Of a DNA stretch of 64,000 nucleotides, positions 1 to 9,707 are shown piece after piece. The notes beneath the pieces were generated by a model that was given only the letters and a program-made list of their open reading frames with translations, was not told the DNA's origin and did no database searches. Where the stretch lies: IMG/VR virus record IMGVR_UViG_3300008259_002461; one strand, 5' to 3'. Position 1 is the stretch's first letter. The number at the start of each line of letters is the position of its first letter. Source of the DNA: a virus (taxonomy: Duplodnaviria > Caudoviricetes). The position numbers were made by a program, and so were the translations under genes.

Positions 1-401
1 GATTTCCTAGTTTTCAAAGTCCGTTGGCACTACCTAATCATATTAAAGATCATTGCCATAAAAAGCTGTCAACATGGTATGCGCAAAATAAAGACCTACC
101 AGGTTGGCACGAATTTGAACGTGCAAGTATTGAAAGATTAATTGATTATCTTGTTACAGTAGATGCACCTCATCGCAGAACAAGTAATCCTATTACACTG
201 TGGAGAGACTTTAAAACTTTTTATCAGCAGTACGATCAGCGCAGATCAAAATCCATATATGTATTTCCTAAAATTTTAACAGATTGGATTGATACTATAC
301 CTGATACAGACATAGCAATAAAAGAGTTAGCAGACAAAGAAGGCTGGGTGTTAACACCTGACTCAAGGAACATTGATGATCCTATTGCGACCTACAATTA
401 A
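1..401 (+). CDS. Partial CDS, likely C-terminus of a radical SAM protein
   Basis: Frame is open from base 3 (FPSFQSPLALPNH...). The C-terminal FYQQYDQRRSKS..FP resembles the tails of the N-twitch rSAM paralogs downstream. The cluster motif lies outside the window. Confidence 0.5.
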   Translation, partial: FPSFQSPLALPNHIKDHCHKKLSTWYAQNKDLPGWHEFERASIERLIDYLVTVDAPHRRTSNPITLWRDFKTFYQQYDQRRSKSIYVFPKILTDWIDTIPDTDIAIKELADKEGWVLTPDSRNIDDPIATYN

Positions 402-1668
402 TTTATATTACGATAATATTGTTAACGGAATACCTGTTCCTAACGGCATAACACGATATAAAATTAATAAACAGTACGATATTCCAGTGATGTCTAGTTT
501 AGAATACAGTGATCAAGTCCTTAAAACTACGTATTTTTATAATGTAATGAAGGCAAACGAAGTCACAGTTAATTTGTTTACTAAAAGAGATATGGCGTCA
601 AATTTATTTTATCCATTGGAGCTTTCAAAAACAGCAATACGGAATCGTCTTATTGATATTATTCCGGAAAAGACATTAACTCGTATTAAAAAACGAAAAA
701 TGAAATTATTATTACTTTATCAACAATGGATAGGTGATTATAACTTTATGCAAAATCTTAAAGAAAGAATTGATGTATTAATTCGAAACGGAGTTCCTAC
801 TGATCAAATTTATTTAATAACCGGTGATATTAATTGTTCCTATCAGGAATTATTTGACAAGGTTAAAGTATTTGGTATTGATTGGTGGCAAATTGCTTAT
901 CAACTAACTTGTAAATCTAAGTATCAAAATATTGATTATCATTGGGTCACATTTTTACTAGATGATGAAGTGCGTGAAAGTTTTGATATCAATAATTGGA
1001 ATAATCCCAGTTTACTATTTACAGCATTAACTGGTGAATCGTCAATGCATTCACTGGCTACTATTACTGAACTAGAATCTAGAGAATTATTAGATAAAGG
1101 TTGCTATGAATTTAATGTTAAGAAAAACAAAAATCTAAATTTAGATAGTAAAATATTTACTAATGAGTCATTGTTAAATAACAAACAGTCAAAAAAAGAT
1201 ATAATTAATAATTTATTATCATCTGAGACAACTATCGCAAATATATCGGAGTCATTAGAAGACAGTCTATTTGCAATTGTAGCAGAGCCGTTCACACCTA
1301 TGATGGATAAAACGTATCTGTCAGAAACAAATGCACTATGGGTATCGCCAAATATATGGAACGCTATTGCTCAAGGTTATCCTTTTATGGTAGTAGGAAG
1401 TTTATCTACTATGCGTTATCTTAATAACGAAGGATATTTTAGTTATGTAGATCTGTTTAATGAAACATATGATAGTGTTAGTGATTTAAAAATTAAATTA
1501 AATTTAATAATGACTGAAGTTGACAGATTATCTAAATTGTCTAAAGAAGAAATTAATGATCGTATAATTTTAACAAAACCATTTATCGAGGCCAATAAGA
1601 AAAAGTTTTATGATAAAAAACACACTTGGAAATTTTACGACCTTTTCAAAGAAATGCAATATGAATAA
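373..1668 (+). CDS. Glycosyltransferase-like protein (GT-B/GT10-like C-terminus)
   Basis: SLFAIVAEP...IWNAIAQGYPFMVVG...YLNNEGYFSY, paralogous to 31123 and 33295. Confidence 0.45.
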   Translation: MMILLRPTINLYYDNIVNGIPVPNGITRYKINKQYDIPVMSSLEYSDQVLKTTYFYNVMKANEVTVNLFTKRDMASNLFYPLELSKTAIRNRLIDIIPEKTLTRIKKRKMKLLLLYQQWIGDYNFMQNLKERIDVLIRNGVPTDQIYLITGDINCSYQELFDKVKVFGIDWWQIAYQLTCKSKYQNIDYHWVTFLLDDEVRESFDINNWNNPSLLFTALTGESSMHSLATITELESRELLDKGCYEFNVKKNKNLNLDSKIFTNESLLNNKQSKKDIINNLLSSETTIANISESLEDSLFAIVAEPFTPMMDKTYLSETNALWVSPNIWNAIAQGYPFMVVGSLSTMRYLNNEGYFSYVDLFNETYDSVSDLKIKLNLIMTEVDRLSKLSKEEINDRIILTKPFIEANKKKFYDKKHTWKFYDLFKEMQYE

Positions 1669-2920
1669 AGATTTTAATAATTTTTGTGTAGCACCCTGGA
1701 TGCACTTGCACGTCATCAACGACGGTAGAGCTTTTGCATGTTGTCAAACCCCATTAAAAAACGAAAATAGTTTTGGAAATGTAAAAACTCAAAAACTTAT
1801 AGAAATTGTTAATAGTGATCAAGCTAAAGTAATGAGGAAAAATATGCTTGAAGGCAAGCCTCTGCCTACTGCTTGTGAAAGATGTACTTCTAAAGAAGCT
1901 GTTGGACTTAATAGTATGCGAACAGGCTTTAATGATAGATGGTATGCAGAAATGCAACCGTTAATTGAACAAACAGATATAGACGGTGCCATTCCTTCAT
2001 TGCAATTAAAATACTGGGATTTTAGATTTAGTAACTATTGTAATCTAGCTTGCACAACATGTTCACCACTGTTTAGTACACAGTGGGCATCTGATTGGAT
2101 TAAACTACATCCTGGATACGACAAATATTCTGAAACAAGATTAATTGATTTAGAAAAAGCAGATTTATTTTGGGACGACATTGCACAAAATTTAGATACA
2201 ATGAAGCAGATACATTTTGCAGGTGGCGAACCACTAATGATGCCTGAACATTGGAAAATTTTAAAACTACTTGATGAACGTAAAAAATATGACATTGAAT
2301 TAAGATACAGTACCAATGGGACCACGTTAGGTAGAGATAAAGACAATGTATTAGATTATTGGAAAAAATTTAAACATGTACATTTAAGTTTGAGCATCGA
2401 TGGCGAAGGTGATGCATTTGAATATATCAGATATAAAGGTAACTGGAAATCTACATTTGAAAATTTAAAACGTATACGAGAAAGCGGAGTAGTTGATTAT
2501 TGGTTTCATCCTACAGTGAGTATATTAAATATATTTAGATTAACAGAATTGCATGAAGTTTTACATAAAGCAGATCTTATGCCTTTAAAATCAATACACA
2601 AGCACATGGGCTTCAACATTGAAAATTATTGGGTTGATAGATTTCACCTGAATCCTTTGTTTACTCCTGATTATTATAGTATAACAGTTCTTCCTGCCCA
2701 TTTAAAAGATCAAGCCGCTGAAAAAATAACAAAGTATGGCAAGAAGCTTGAGGCTGACACAGCAATACCTTTTAGCGGTTGGCAAAATATTATTGATTTT
2801 ATGTATAGTGAAGATCGCAGCATACTATTTGAAAAGTTTAAATGGAAATCGCAACAGATTGATACTATTCGAAACAATGATGTTTTTGCATTTAATCCGG
2901 AGCTTATCAATGTTAAATAA
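1661..2920 (+). CDS. Radical SAM protein with N-terminal SPASM/twitch domain
   Basis: CVAPW..DGRAFACC at the N-terminus, CNLACTTC and FAGGEP. Start moved to ATG 1661. Confidence 0.9.
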   Translation: MNKDFNNFCVAPWMHLHVINDGRAFACCQTPLKNENSFGNVKTQKLIEIVNSDQAKVMRKNMLEGKPLPTACERCTSKEAVGLNSMRTGFNDRWYAEMQPLIEQTDIDGAIPSLQLKYWDFRFSNYCNLACTTCSPLFSTQWASDWIKLHPGYDKYSETRLIDLEKADLFWDDIAQNLDTMKQIHFAGGEPLMMPEHWKILKLLDERKKYDIELRYSTNGTTLGRDKDNVLDYWKKFKHVHLSLSIDGEGDAFEYIRYKGNWKSTFENLKRIRESGVVDYWFHPTVSILNIFRLTELHEVLHKADLMPLKSIHKHMGFNIENYWVDRFHLNPLFTPDYYSITVLPAHLKDQAAEKITKYGKKLEADTAIPFSGWQNIIDFMYSEDRSILFEKFKWKSQQIDTIRNNDVFAFNPELINVK

Positions 2921-3761
2921 AATAAAAAAATATATAAGAGGTTTAACTCTTGAAGAGTATATAAAATATGTAAAAACATCATCAAGTCATGTTAATAGTA
3001 TTGACGACCTTGCACAATTTGGTATTAAAAAATCAGTATGGTCTAAAGATGACTATGAGCGCGGCTATACAACTGTACTAGGTATGAATTCAGCAGAGGA
3101 AAAAATAGTAAAACCTGGAGATTGGGAGTACGTTATCAATAGATACAATTTTAGAGAAATATGGGACTTTAATTCTCCTAGACCTAAAATTGGATTTTTT
3201 GGTTGTAGTTTTACATTTGGTGAAGGTATAGAATATAAAGATACATTTGTTAGTATGGTTTCAAAGCAGTTTGACCTTAATTGTTTTAATTTAGCTATAG
3301 GTGGATCTTCTTTACAAAGGGTGGCAAAAACGTTTAGTGCTGCCTCTAAAGTAATAGATCTTGATTATGCTGTGTTTACCTTGCCGCAATGGCATAGACA
3401 AATGTATCTTGACGATCAAGGTAAAATTGTTAATCTTATACCCCAATGGCCGCATCAACAGTATGAAGAATTAAGTAATCAGCTTACTGCTTTAGACGAG
3501 GAATATTATATAGTACAAGCAGTATCTTATGTAAACTGGATACATGATTTAGCAGAACATAAAAATATAAAAATAATTTTATGTTCTTGGGATTATCCAC
3601 TAAACGATTTATGTGAGGTTATGTACCCTAATGAAACAATAAAACCTTTTCCTAATATTGATGATAAATGCGCTAGAGATAAAATGCATCCTGGTATACG
3701 TTCTCAACATGCACATGCAGAGCAAATTAAAAGAGCAATATATGATAGAGCTTGGTTTTAG
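2910..3761 (+). CDS. SGNH/GDSL hydrolase-like protein
   Basis: GFFGCSFTFG block I, NLAIGGSS block II and D..HP at the C-terminus. Start moved to ATG 2910. Confidence 0.6.
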   Translation: MLNKIKKYIRGLTLEEYIKYVKTSSSHVNSIDDLAQFGIKKSVWSKDDYERGYTTVLGMNSAEEKIVKPGDWEYVINRYNFREIWDFNSPRPKIGFFGCSFTFGEGIEYKDTFVSMVSKQFDLNCFNLAIGGSSLQRVAKTFSAASKVIDLDYAVFTLPQWHRQMYLDDQGKIVNLIPQWPHQQYEELSNQLTALDEEYYIVQAVSYVNWIHDLAEHKNIKIILCSWDYPLNDLCEVMYPNETIKPFPNIDDKCARDKMHPGIRSQHAHAEQIKRAIYDRAWF

Positions 3762-4704
3762 AAATAAAGATAATCAAATAAAATATCTTCAGATTAAACC
3801 TGATGATACAGCATTGGCATCTGCATGGACTAAACAATTAGATCATTTATTACTAACACATAATAACAAAATATTTCAAAAGAATTTTAGTTTGTTAGGG
3901 TTTCATAACGATTGCAGAACGCGAGAACATATTTGTAATGATTTAGATAGGAGTATCCAAACAATAAATTATTATAAAGCATATAGAATTAATGAAGATT
4001 TTAGTTCTTTAAGATACGAACACAATCAAGATCTTCTTAATGTTCTACATCATCATTTTGAAATAACACAAGGACAATTATGGAAACCAGGTACTGTTTT
4101 AGCTAAAGCTAATGGGGAAACAAGAAATGCAATATCTATGCTTAACCATTGTTGCCATGAATTAGAGGCATGGTATGAAACAGAAAAAAATAGCCCTGAA
4201 TGGACCAACGGATATTTTTATTATAATGTACTTGGAGTAACAGATCGTATTGAAATTCCTCTAGAAGAAAAACGAAATTTTACTAGAGACATTACTGATG
4301 GTTTAGTTTATCTTCATTATGCGCAAACAGGCAAGACATGGTACGAAGCATATCTTGACAATGATAATATAGTAGAAGCAAATGGCATTTCAGAACACAG
4401 AATAATCAGCGGCGAGTTTAATTGTTACTTTGGAACAGGCTATGAATTGCCTATGGATGACAATTTTACAAAATGGTTAGAAGCAAGAGGAGTAGATCCT
4501 ACAGACGAACAGCTTGCACTTGGTTATGCACCTGTGGGAAAAATTATTGATATGCCATATACTGAGGCAGTAGATTTTTTTAAAGAATATACAGATTTTT
4601 ACTCAATTGAATTTAATAAAAAACGCATAGAATACGACTACAGACATACTGATATTGGTTATTTTCCTATGTTAGAACGTATGTGGAGTAAATGGAATGG
4701 CTAA
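3742..4704 (+). CDS. Hypothetical protein
   Basis: Long ORF tightly coupled to its neighbours, no motif recognised. Start moved to 3742. Confidence 0.75.
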   Translation: MIELGFRNKDNQIKYLQIKPDDTALASAWTKQLDHLLLTHNNKIFQKNFSLLGFHNDCRTREHICNDLDRSIQTINYYKAYRINEDFSSLRYEHNQDLLNVLHHHFEITQGQLWKPGTVLAKANGETRNAISMLNHCCHELEAWYETEKNSPEWTNGYFYYNVLGVTDRIEIPLEEKRNFTRDITDGLVYLHYAQTGKTWYEAYLDNDNIVEANGISEHRIISGEFNCYFGTGYELPMDDNFTKWLEARGVDPTDEQLALGYAPVGKIIDMPYTEAVDFFKEYTDFYSIEFNKKRIEYDYRHTDIGYFPMLERMWSKWNG

Positions 4705-5506
4705 TTTTATTAATGGTATATGGGAAAATGCTGGAAATGAATTTTGGAATATTAAGAAACCTGACGAAATATTAGGTATAGCTCGTGTGTCTAAACACAT
4801 GTTAAGTTATTGGCCCAGAATTAAAAACTACGAAAACTACTTAATAAATTATTTTCAATACGGTATTAATAAAGAAGTAGAACCTACTATATGGTTATCT
4901 CACACAGATCCTGTGTATAACAGATATCAAGAAGAAATTGAAGGATATGTAAAAGCAGTTTGGCTTACACATGGATTTTTTACTGAAGGCGGTCTAAGAA
5001 AGCCAGTTGGGGTTCATTGGAGTCCTGTGTCTCTTGACTGGAGAATACATCCGGGTGGAACAAGACAAGCAATTATAAAATATTTTGCACCCGATGAAAT
5101 AGATTGTCTTTGTTTTAATACAGGCGGTCAACCTATGCAATTTATAAAAGAATTTAACACAGTAGAAGAAATTGCTGAATATACTAATAGCTCTAAAGTT
5201 TTTTTAGTAGTTACAGATGAACGCGGTCATTATATACCGCATGTTCATTTAGATGGATTTACTATTAAACCTGCAATGGTCGAGACACATGCACAGATGA
5301 AAAAGTTTTTTAGAAAAACTAAGATTGAAGCTAATTTTGATTTAGCTGAGTTAGGATATGATGAAACAAAAATATTAAAAACTGAAAAAAAACGCATAAA
5401 AATAACTATTGAAGATCAGTCTATGGATACAAAGGTAAAAGCAATGCTACTATTACCGTCGTTTAATAATTTTGAAGGACATGGAGTTAAAATTGAGCGT
5501 ACCTAA
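4697..5506 (+). CDS. Hypothetical protein, possible ParB/sulfiredoxin-like domain
   Basis: GLRKPVGV...WRIHPGGTRQAII resembles the ParB-N GxxR motif. Confidence 0.35.
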   Translation: MANFINGIWENAGNEFWNIKKPDEILGIARVSKHMLSYWPRIKNYENYLINYFQYGINKEVEPTIWLSHTDPVYNRYQEEIEGYVKAVWLTHGFFTEGGLRKPVGVHWSPVSLDWRIHPGGTRQAIIKYFAPDEIDCLCFNTGGQPMQFIKEFNTVEEIAEYTNSSKVFLVVTDERGHYIPHVHLDGFTIKPAMVETHAQMKKFFRKTKIEANFDLAELGYDETKILKTEKKRIKITIEDQSMDTKVKAMLLLPSFNNFEGHGVKIERT

Positions 5507-6476
5507 TCTAGAACGTGCAGTAGTTGAAGTTTTTGGGGGATGTAATTATACCTGTCAAATGTGTCCACAGACTGAAGGTAGAGGCAAGGCCTGGACACGT
5601 AAAATGCCACTTAATATGTTTGAAAATATATTAGATCAGTTACCAGGTAATCCAGTTATTAATCTTGAAGGTAGTGGCGAACCTACTCTTGCTAAAGATT
5701 TGCCTTTGTACATAGAAGCATGCACTAAACGAAATTTTCCTAGTTTTATGTATACTAATGGAAGTTTTTTCAGCGGTCATTTCATGCAAGATTGTGTAGA
5801 CGCTGGACTAAGTTTTGCAAGATTTAGCTGTATTGGATACAATAAAGAAAAATATCGTGAGTGGATGAATGTTGATAATTTTGATTTACTAAAGACCAAT
5901 GTAATAAAGGCCAAAGAGTATATTAAAAAATCTAACAGCAAATGTATACTGTCTAGTTATCATTTGATATTAGATAATACGCAAATAGATTACGAAGTTG
6001 AACAGTACCGTAATAATTTTATTGGCCCAACTGGAACGTTAGGATACATATGGAAAATGCACAACTGGAGTGGCAATTATACTCCTGTATATTTTAGAGA
6101 TCCTAAAAAACGTAGAACTTGTGGTAGACCATTTGCTCCTGAAATTACAATCCGAGCCGGTGGCAATAATGGTCTTACAGGCGCAGTTACTTCGTGTTGT
6201 CAAACAATGGGTCCACCAAACGAAAGTTTAAGTGTGCTAGGACATGTAGAAACACAATCAATAGAAGAAATATGGAACGGAGAAGCATACAATAAATTAC
6301 GTGATGCACATGCTAACAAAAATTTTGATAGTATTGATTACTGTAAGAATTGTGATTTTTTATACGACGACCCCGAGGTGTTAGTTTGGAGTAACGACAA
6401 AGCAGCATCACTAGATCATATGCTTGGAACTAATTTTAGTCTTAAAGACTTTATGGTTGACAATACTTTAAAATAA
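5481..6476 (+). CDS. Radical SAM/SPASM domain protein
   Basis: CNYTCQMC, GSGEP and C-terminal CGRPF..SCC..CKNC. Start 5481 follows GAAGGA. Confidence 0.9.
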   Translation: MELKLSVPNLERAVVEVFGGCNYTCQMCPQTEGRGKAWTRKMPLNMFENILDQLPGNPVINLEGSGEPTLAKDLPLYIEACTKRNFPSFMYTNGSFFSGHFMQDCVDAGLSFARFSCIGYNKEKYREWMNVDNFDLLKTNVIKAKEYIKKSNSKCILSSYHLILDNTQIDYEVEQYRNNFIGPTGTLGYIWKMHNWSGNYTPVYFRDPKKRRTCGRPFAPEITIRAGGNNGLTGAVTSCCQTMGPPNESLSVLGHVETQSIEEIWNGEAYNKLRDAHANKNFDSIDYCKNCDFLYDDPEVLVWSNDKAASLDHMLGTNFSLKDFMVDNTLK

Positions 6477-6485
6477 TAGTATAAT
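6457..6485 (+). promoter_or_regulatory. Consensus sigma70 promoter, probably leaderless transcript
   Basis: TTGACA-17 nt-TATAAT with the ATG 6 nt after the -10 box. Confidence 0.75.
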
Positions 6486-6491
6486 AATAAT

Positions 6492-7175
6492 ATGTATGAT
6501 ATCATTTTTATTTCTTATCAAGAACCTTATGCAGACATTAATTGGGAAAGATTAAAGTCTAAATTTCCTACAGCTAAAAGAGTTCACGGAGTAAAAGGAA
6601 TTCATCAAGCACACATCCAAGCGGCAAAATTGTGTTTTACAAAGATGTTTTGGGTCGTAGATGCTGATGCAGAAATAGTTGAAGATTTTAAATTTGATTA
6701 TGTTGTTCCTGAATGGGATTTAGAAACAGTACATGTATGGCGCAGTATAAATCCTGTTAACGATTTAGTTTATGGTTACGGAGGTGTTAAACTACTTCCT
6801 CGTAAATTAACAATAAACATGGATACATCAAAAACTGATATGACAACAAGTATTAGTACGTTGTTTAAAGCAATGCCTGAAATATCTAATATTACAGCAT
6901 TTAATACTGATCCGTTTAATACGTGGAAAAGTGCATTTAGAGAATGTGTAAAATTATCAAGCAAAACAATCGATAGGCAAGACGATATAGAAACTCAGTT
7001 AAGACTAGAAGCGTGGTGTACATTAAATGAGTCAGCGCCATACGGCAAATATGCACATCTGGGAGCTATTGCTGGAAAATATTTTGGTTTGTTTTGGCAA
7101 AATGCACCTAGTGAATTAGCGAAGATAAATGACTTCGAATGGTTAAATGAACAATTTTCAAAAAATACCTTTTGA
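6492..7175 (+). CDS. GT-A fold glycosyltransferase-like protein
   Basis: DIIFISYQE N-terminal strand and FWVVDADA DxD motif. Confidence 0.6.
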   Translation: MYDIIFISYQEPYADINWERLKSKFPTAKRVHGVKGIHQAHIQAAKLCFTKMFWVVDADAEIVEDFKFDYVVPEWDLETVHVWRSINPVNDLVYGYGGVKLLPRKLTINMDTSKTDMTTSISTLFKAMPEISNITAFNTDPFNTWKSAFRECVKLSSKTIDRQDDIETQLRLEAWCTLNESAPYGKYAHLGAIAGKYFGLFWQNAPSELAKINDFEWLNEQFSKNTF

Positions 7176-8133
7176 ACAAATAGTACGCTTTGGTCAAAAA
7201 ACTTTATTAGATACTCGTCTTTTTACAGTATCGTGGATCCTTGCAAGATTCTGTAATTATAATTGTTCCTATTGCTGGCCCTATGCTAGGTCTGACAAAC
7301 CAGATCATCAAGAATTAGAATTATACCTACGTACTATTGACAGTATAAAAGCTCAAGCTCGCGCAAATAATTTTCCAGATTTTCATTTTAGTTTTAGTGG
7401 CGGCGAACCTACTGCTTACAAACAATTTGATAAAATTATAGAACATTACTGTGCGGATAGTAATGCTTTGTATCAAAGCATCCACATGACCACTAATTTA
7501 TCCCCTGGCAGTAAATGGTGGAACAATTGGTTAACTACTACAGACTCTTTACAGCGAAGAAGTATTACAGCAAGTTATCATGCTGAGTTTGCAAAAGAGC
7601 AAGAGTTTGGCGACAAATGTTTATATCTTATAAACAATGGAGTATTTGTAACCATTAATCAAGTTATGGTTCCTAATCAGTTTGATGACTTATATGCTAG
7701 ATGTGAAAGATTTGCTGAACGAGGTATTAATGTTACTTTAAAACCTCAAAGTGACCCCACCGCAAGTTTTGTAATAAATGAATACACAACGGATCAAATT
7801 GATAAAATGCAAATAGGGTTTCCGCAAGTGTGGCAAAGCGAAAATGTATCTCAAATTGAATTAGAGGATGCAACAGGTAATAAGTATTATATAGATCAAG
7901 CTGAGCGATTCAATGCATTTGGATTTAATAAATTTAAAGGTTGGTTATGTAATGCAGGATATCAAGGAATAGTAATTCGAGAAAACGAAGTAAAGCGTAG
8001 CTATAGTTGTTACGAACAACCTTTAGGAACATTAGAGCATGGGTTTGATATTTTTAAATCAGCAAAACACTGTGTAACACCTAGTTGCGTTAGTAGCGCA
8101 GATAGCAAAATACCAAAGATGAAAAATGTATAA
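7147..8133 (+). CDS. Radical SAM protein
   Basis: CNYNCSYC, FSGGEPT and C-terminal CNAG...C..PSCVS. Confidence 0.9.
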   Translation: MNNFQKIPFEQIVRFGQKTLLDTRLFTVSWILARFCNYNCSYCWPYARSDKPDHQELELYLRTIDSIKAQARANNFPDFHFSFSGGEPTAYKQFDKIIEHYCADSNALYQSIHMTTNLSPGSKWWNNWLTTTDSLQRRSITASYHAEFAKEQEFGDKCLYLINNGVFVTINQVMVPNQFDDLYARCERFAERGINVTLKPQSDPTASFVINEYTTDQIDKMQIGFPQVWQSENVSQIELEDATGNKYYIDQAERFNAFGFNKFKGWLCNAGYQGIVIRENEVKRSYSCYEQPLGTLEHGFDIFKSAKHCVTPSCVSSADSKIPKMKNV

Positions 8134-9112
8134 ATTAGAAGATATACGAGACATACACTTAGAAATTACCAGCAAGTGCCAGGCTCGTTGTCCTATGTGT
8201 CCTCGAAGGATAAACGGCGGTGTAATTAATCCGTTAATTAAATTAGATGAAATTAATCTAGACAAATTTAAGTCTTGGTTTCCTGACTCATTTATTAAAC
8301 AACTAGATAGTTTGTTTATGTGTGGTAACTTAGGTGATCCTATTATTGCTAAAGACTGTTTAGAAATCTTTGAATATCTTAGAACAGTAAATCCTTTAAT
8401 ACAATTATCAATGCACACAAACGGTAGTGCAAGAGATAAATCATGGTGGCAAGGTCTAGCCCGTGCAAATGTTCGAACAGTATTTGGTATAGACGGGTTA
8501 GAAGACACTCATAATTTGTATCGAATTAACACAGACTTTGATAAGATAATTGACAATGCTTATGACTTTATACAAGCTGGTGGATATGCTGAATGGCATA
8601 TGTTAGTGTTTGATCATAACGAGCATCAAATAGAAAAATGTAAAAAACTAAGCGAAGAGCTTGGATTTAAAAAATTTCAAATTAAACATACTACTAGATT
8701 TGAAAAAGGTAAATTCAATGTACTTGACGATGTAGGTAAAACTACACATATCTTATACCCTACACAAAAAAGCAAAGATATGATGAGTAAGGTAACTGGT
8801 TACATTACAGATGTTAAACCAGAGATAAAATGTAAAGCACAGAAGAACAAAAATTTCTATGTATCCTCGTGTGGTAAAATTACTCCGTGCTGTTGGTTAG
8901 ACTTTGATTGGATACTGCCTAATCAAAATCGGCGGATTGATTATATGGATAAAATTGGAGTATTACCAGATCTAAATAGTCATTCCTTGGGTGAAATTTT
9001 TAACAGTGGGTATTTTGATAAAATAGCAGAAACTTGGAATAATGATCCTCTAATAGAATGTAGTAAACAGTGTGGAACGTTTGACAAATTAGGAGCGCAG
9101 TTTGAAAGTTGA
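8126..9112 (+). CDS. Radical SAM/SPASM domain protein
   Basis: CQARCPMC, MCGNLGDP and PCCW...CSKQC. Confidence 0.9.
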   Translation: MYKLEDIRDIHLEITSKCQARCPMCPRRINGGVINPLIKLDEINLDKFKSWFPDSFIKQLDSLFMCGNLGDPIIAKDCLEIFEYLRTVNPLIQLSMHTNGSARDKSWWQGLARANVRTVFGIDGLEDTHNLYRINTDFDKIIDNAYDFIQAGGYAEWHMLVFDHNEHQIEKCKKLSEELGFKKFQIKHTTRFEKGKFNVLDDVGKTTHILYPTQKSKDMMSKVTGYITDVKPEIKCKAQKNKNFYVSSCGKITPCCWLDFDWILPNQNRRIDYMDKIGVLPDLNSHSLGEIFNSGYFDKIAETWNNDPLIECSKQCGTFDKLGAQFES

Positions 9113-9707
9113 TATACAAGATGTTTTATTTTGGATGGATGCAATTCGTAACAGCGATAATCAACATCGCACACTTGAAAGTTTTTGGAAAGGACAAATT
9201 AACAGTAAAGTTTGGTTAATAGAATCTTTAGAAAAAACGTTCTCATGGCTTCCAGTAACAGCAAATATTGTTATATATGGAGGATGGAATGGAGTACTTG
9301 CAAGTTTGTTGTTTAATACAGATATAGGTATTAATCATATTACAAGTATTGACATTGACCCTGAATGTGAAAAAATTGCATCTACAGTTAATAAGAGACA
9401 AGAGATAGAAGGTAGATTTAGTGCTATTACAGGTGATATGTGTCATTACACTAATCCCGAAGCTACTATAGTTATTAACACAAGTTGTGAACATATAACA
9501 CAACAACAATACGATCAATGGTTTAATTTACTCTCTGACGATGTATTAATTATTGTGCAAGGTAATAATTACAATATACCAGAGCATGTTAGAATTTCTC
9601 AAGATTTAGAAGAATTCAAATCTCAGTGTAATATTAAAAATATTTTATATGCTGGCGAAATTGATCTTCCTCTATATAAAAGATTTATGATTATTGGTAA
9701 AAAATGA
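9102..9707 (+). CDS. Class I SAM-dependent methyltransferase
   Basis: IVIYGGWNG motif I, SIDID and VINTSCEH. TTG start. Confidence 0.7.
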   Translation: MKVDIQDVLFWMDAIRNSDNQHRTLESFWKGQINSKVWLIESLEKTFSWLPVTANIVIYGGWNGVLASLLFNTDIGINHITSIDIDPECEKIASTVNKRQEIEGRFSAITGDMCHYTNPEATIVINTSCEHITQQQYDQWFNLLSDDVLIIVQGNNYNIPEHVRISQDLEEFKSQCNIKNILYAGEIDLPLYKRFMIIGKK

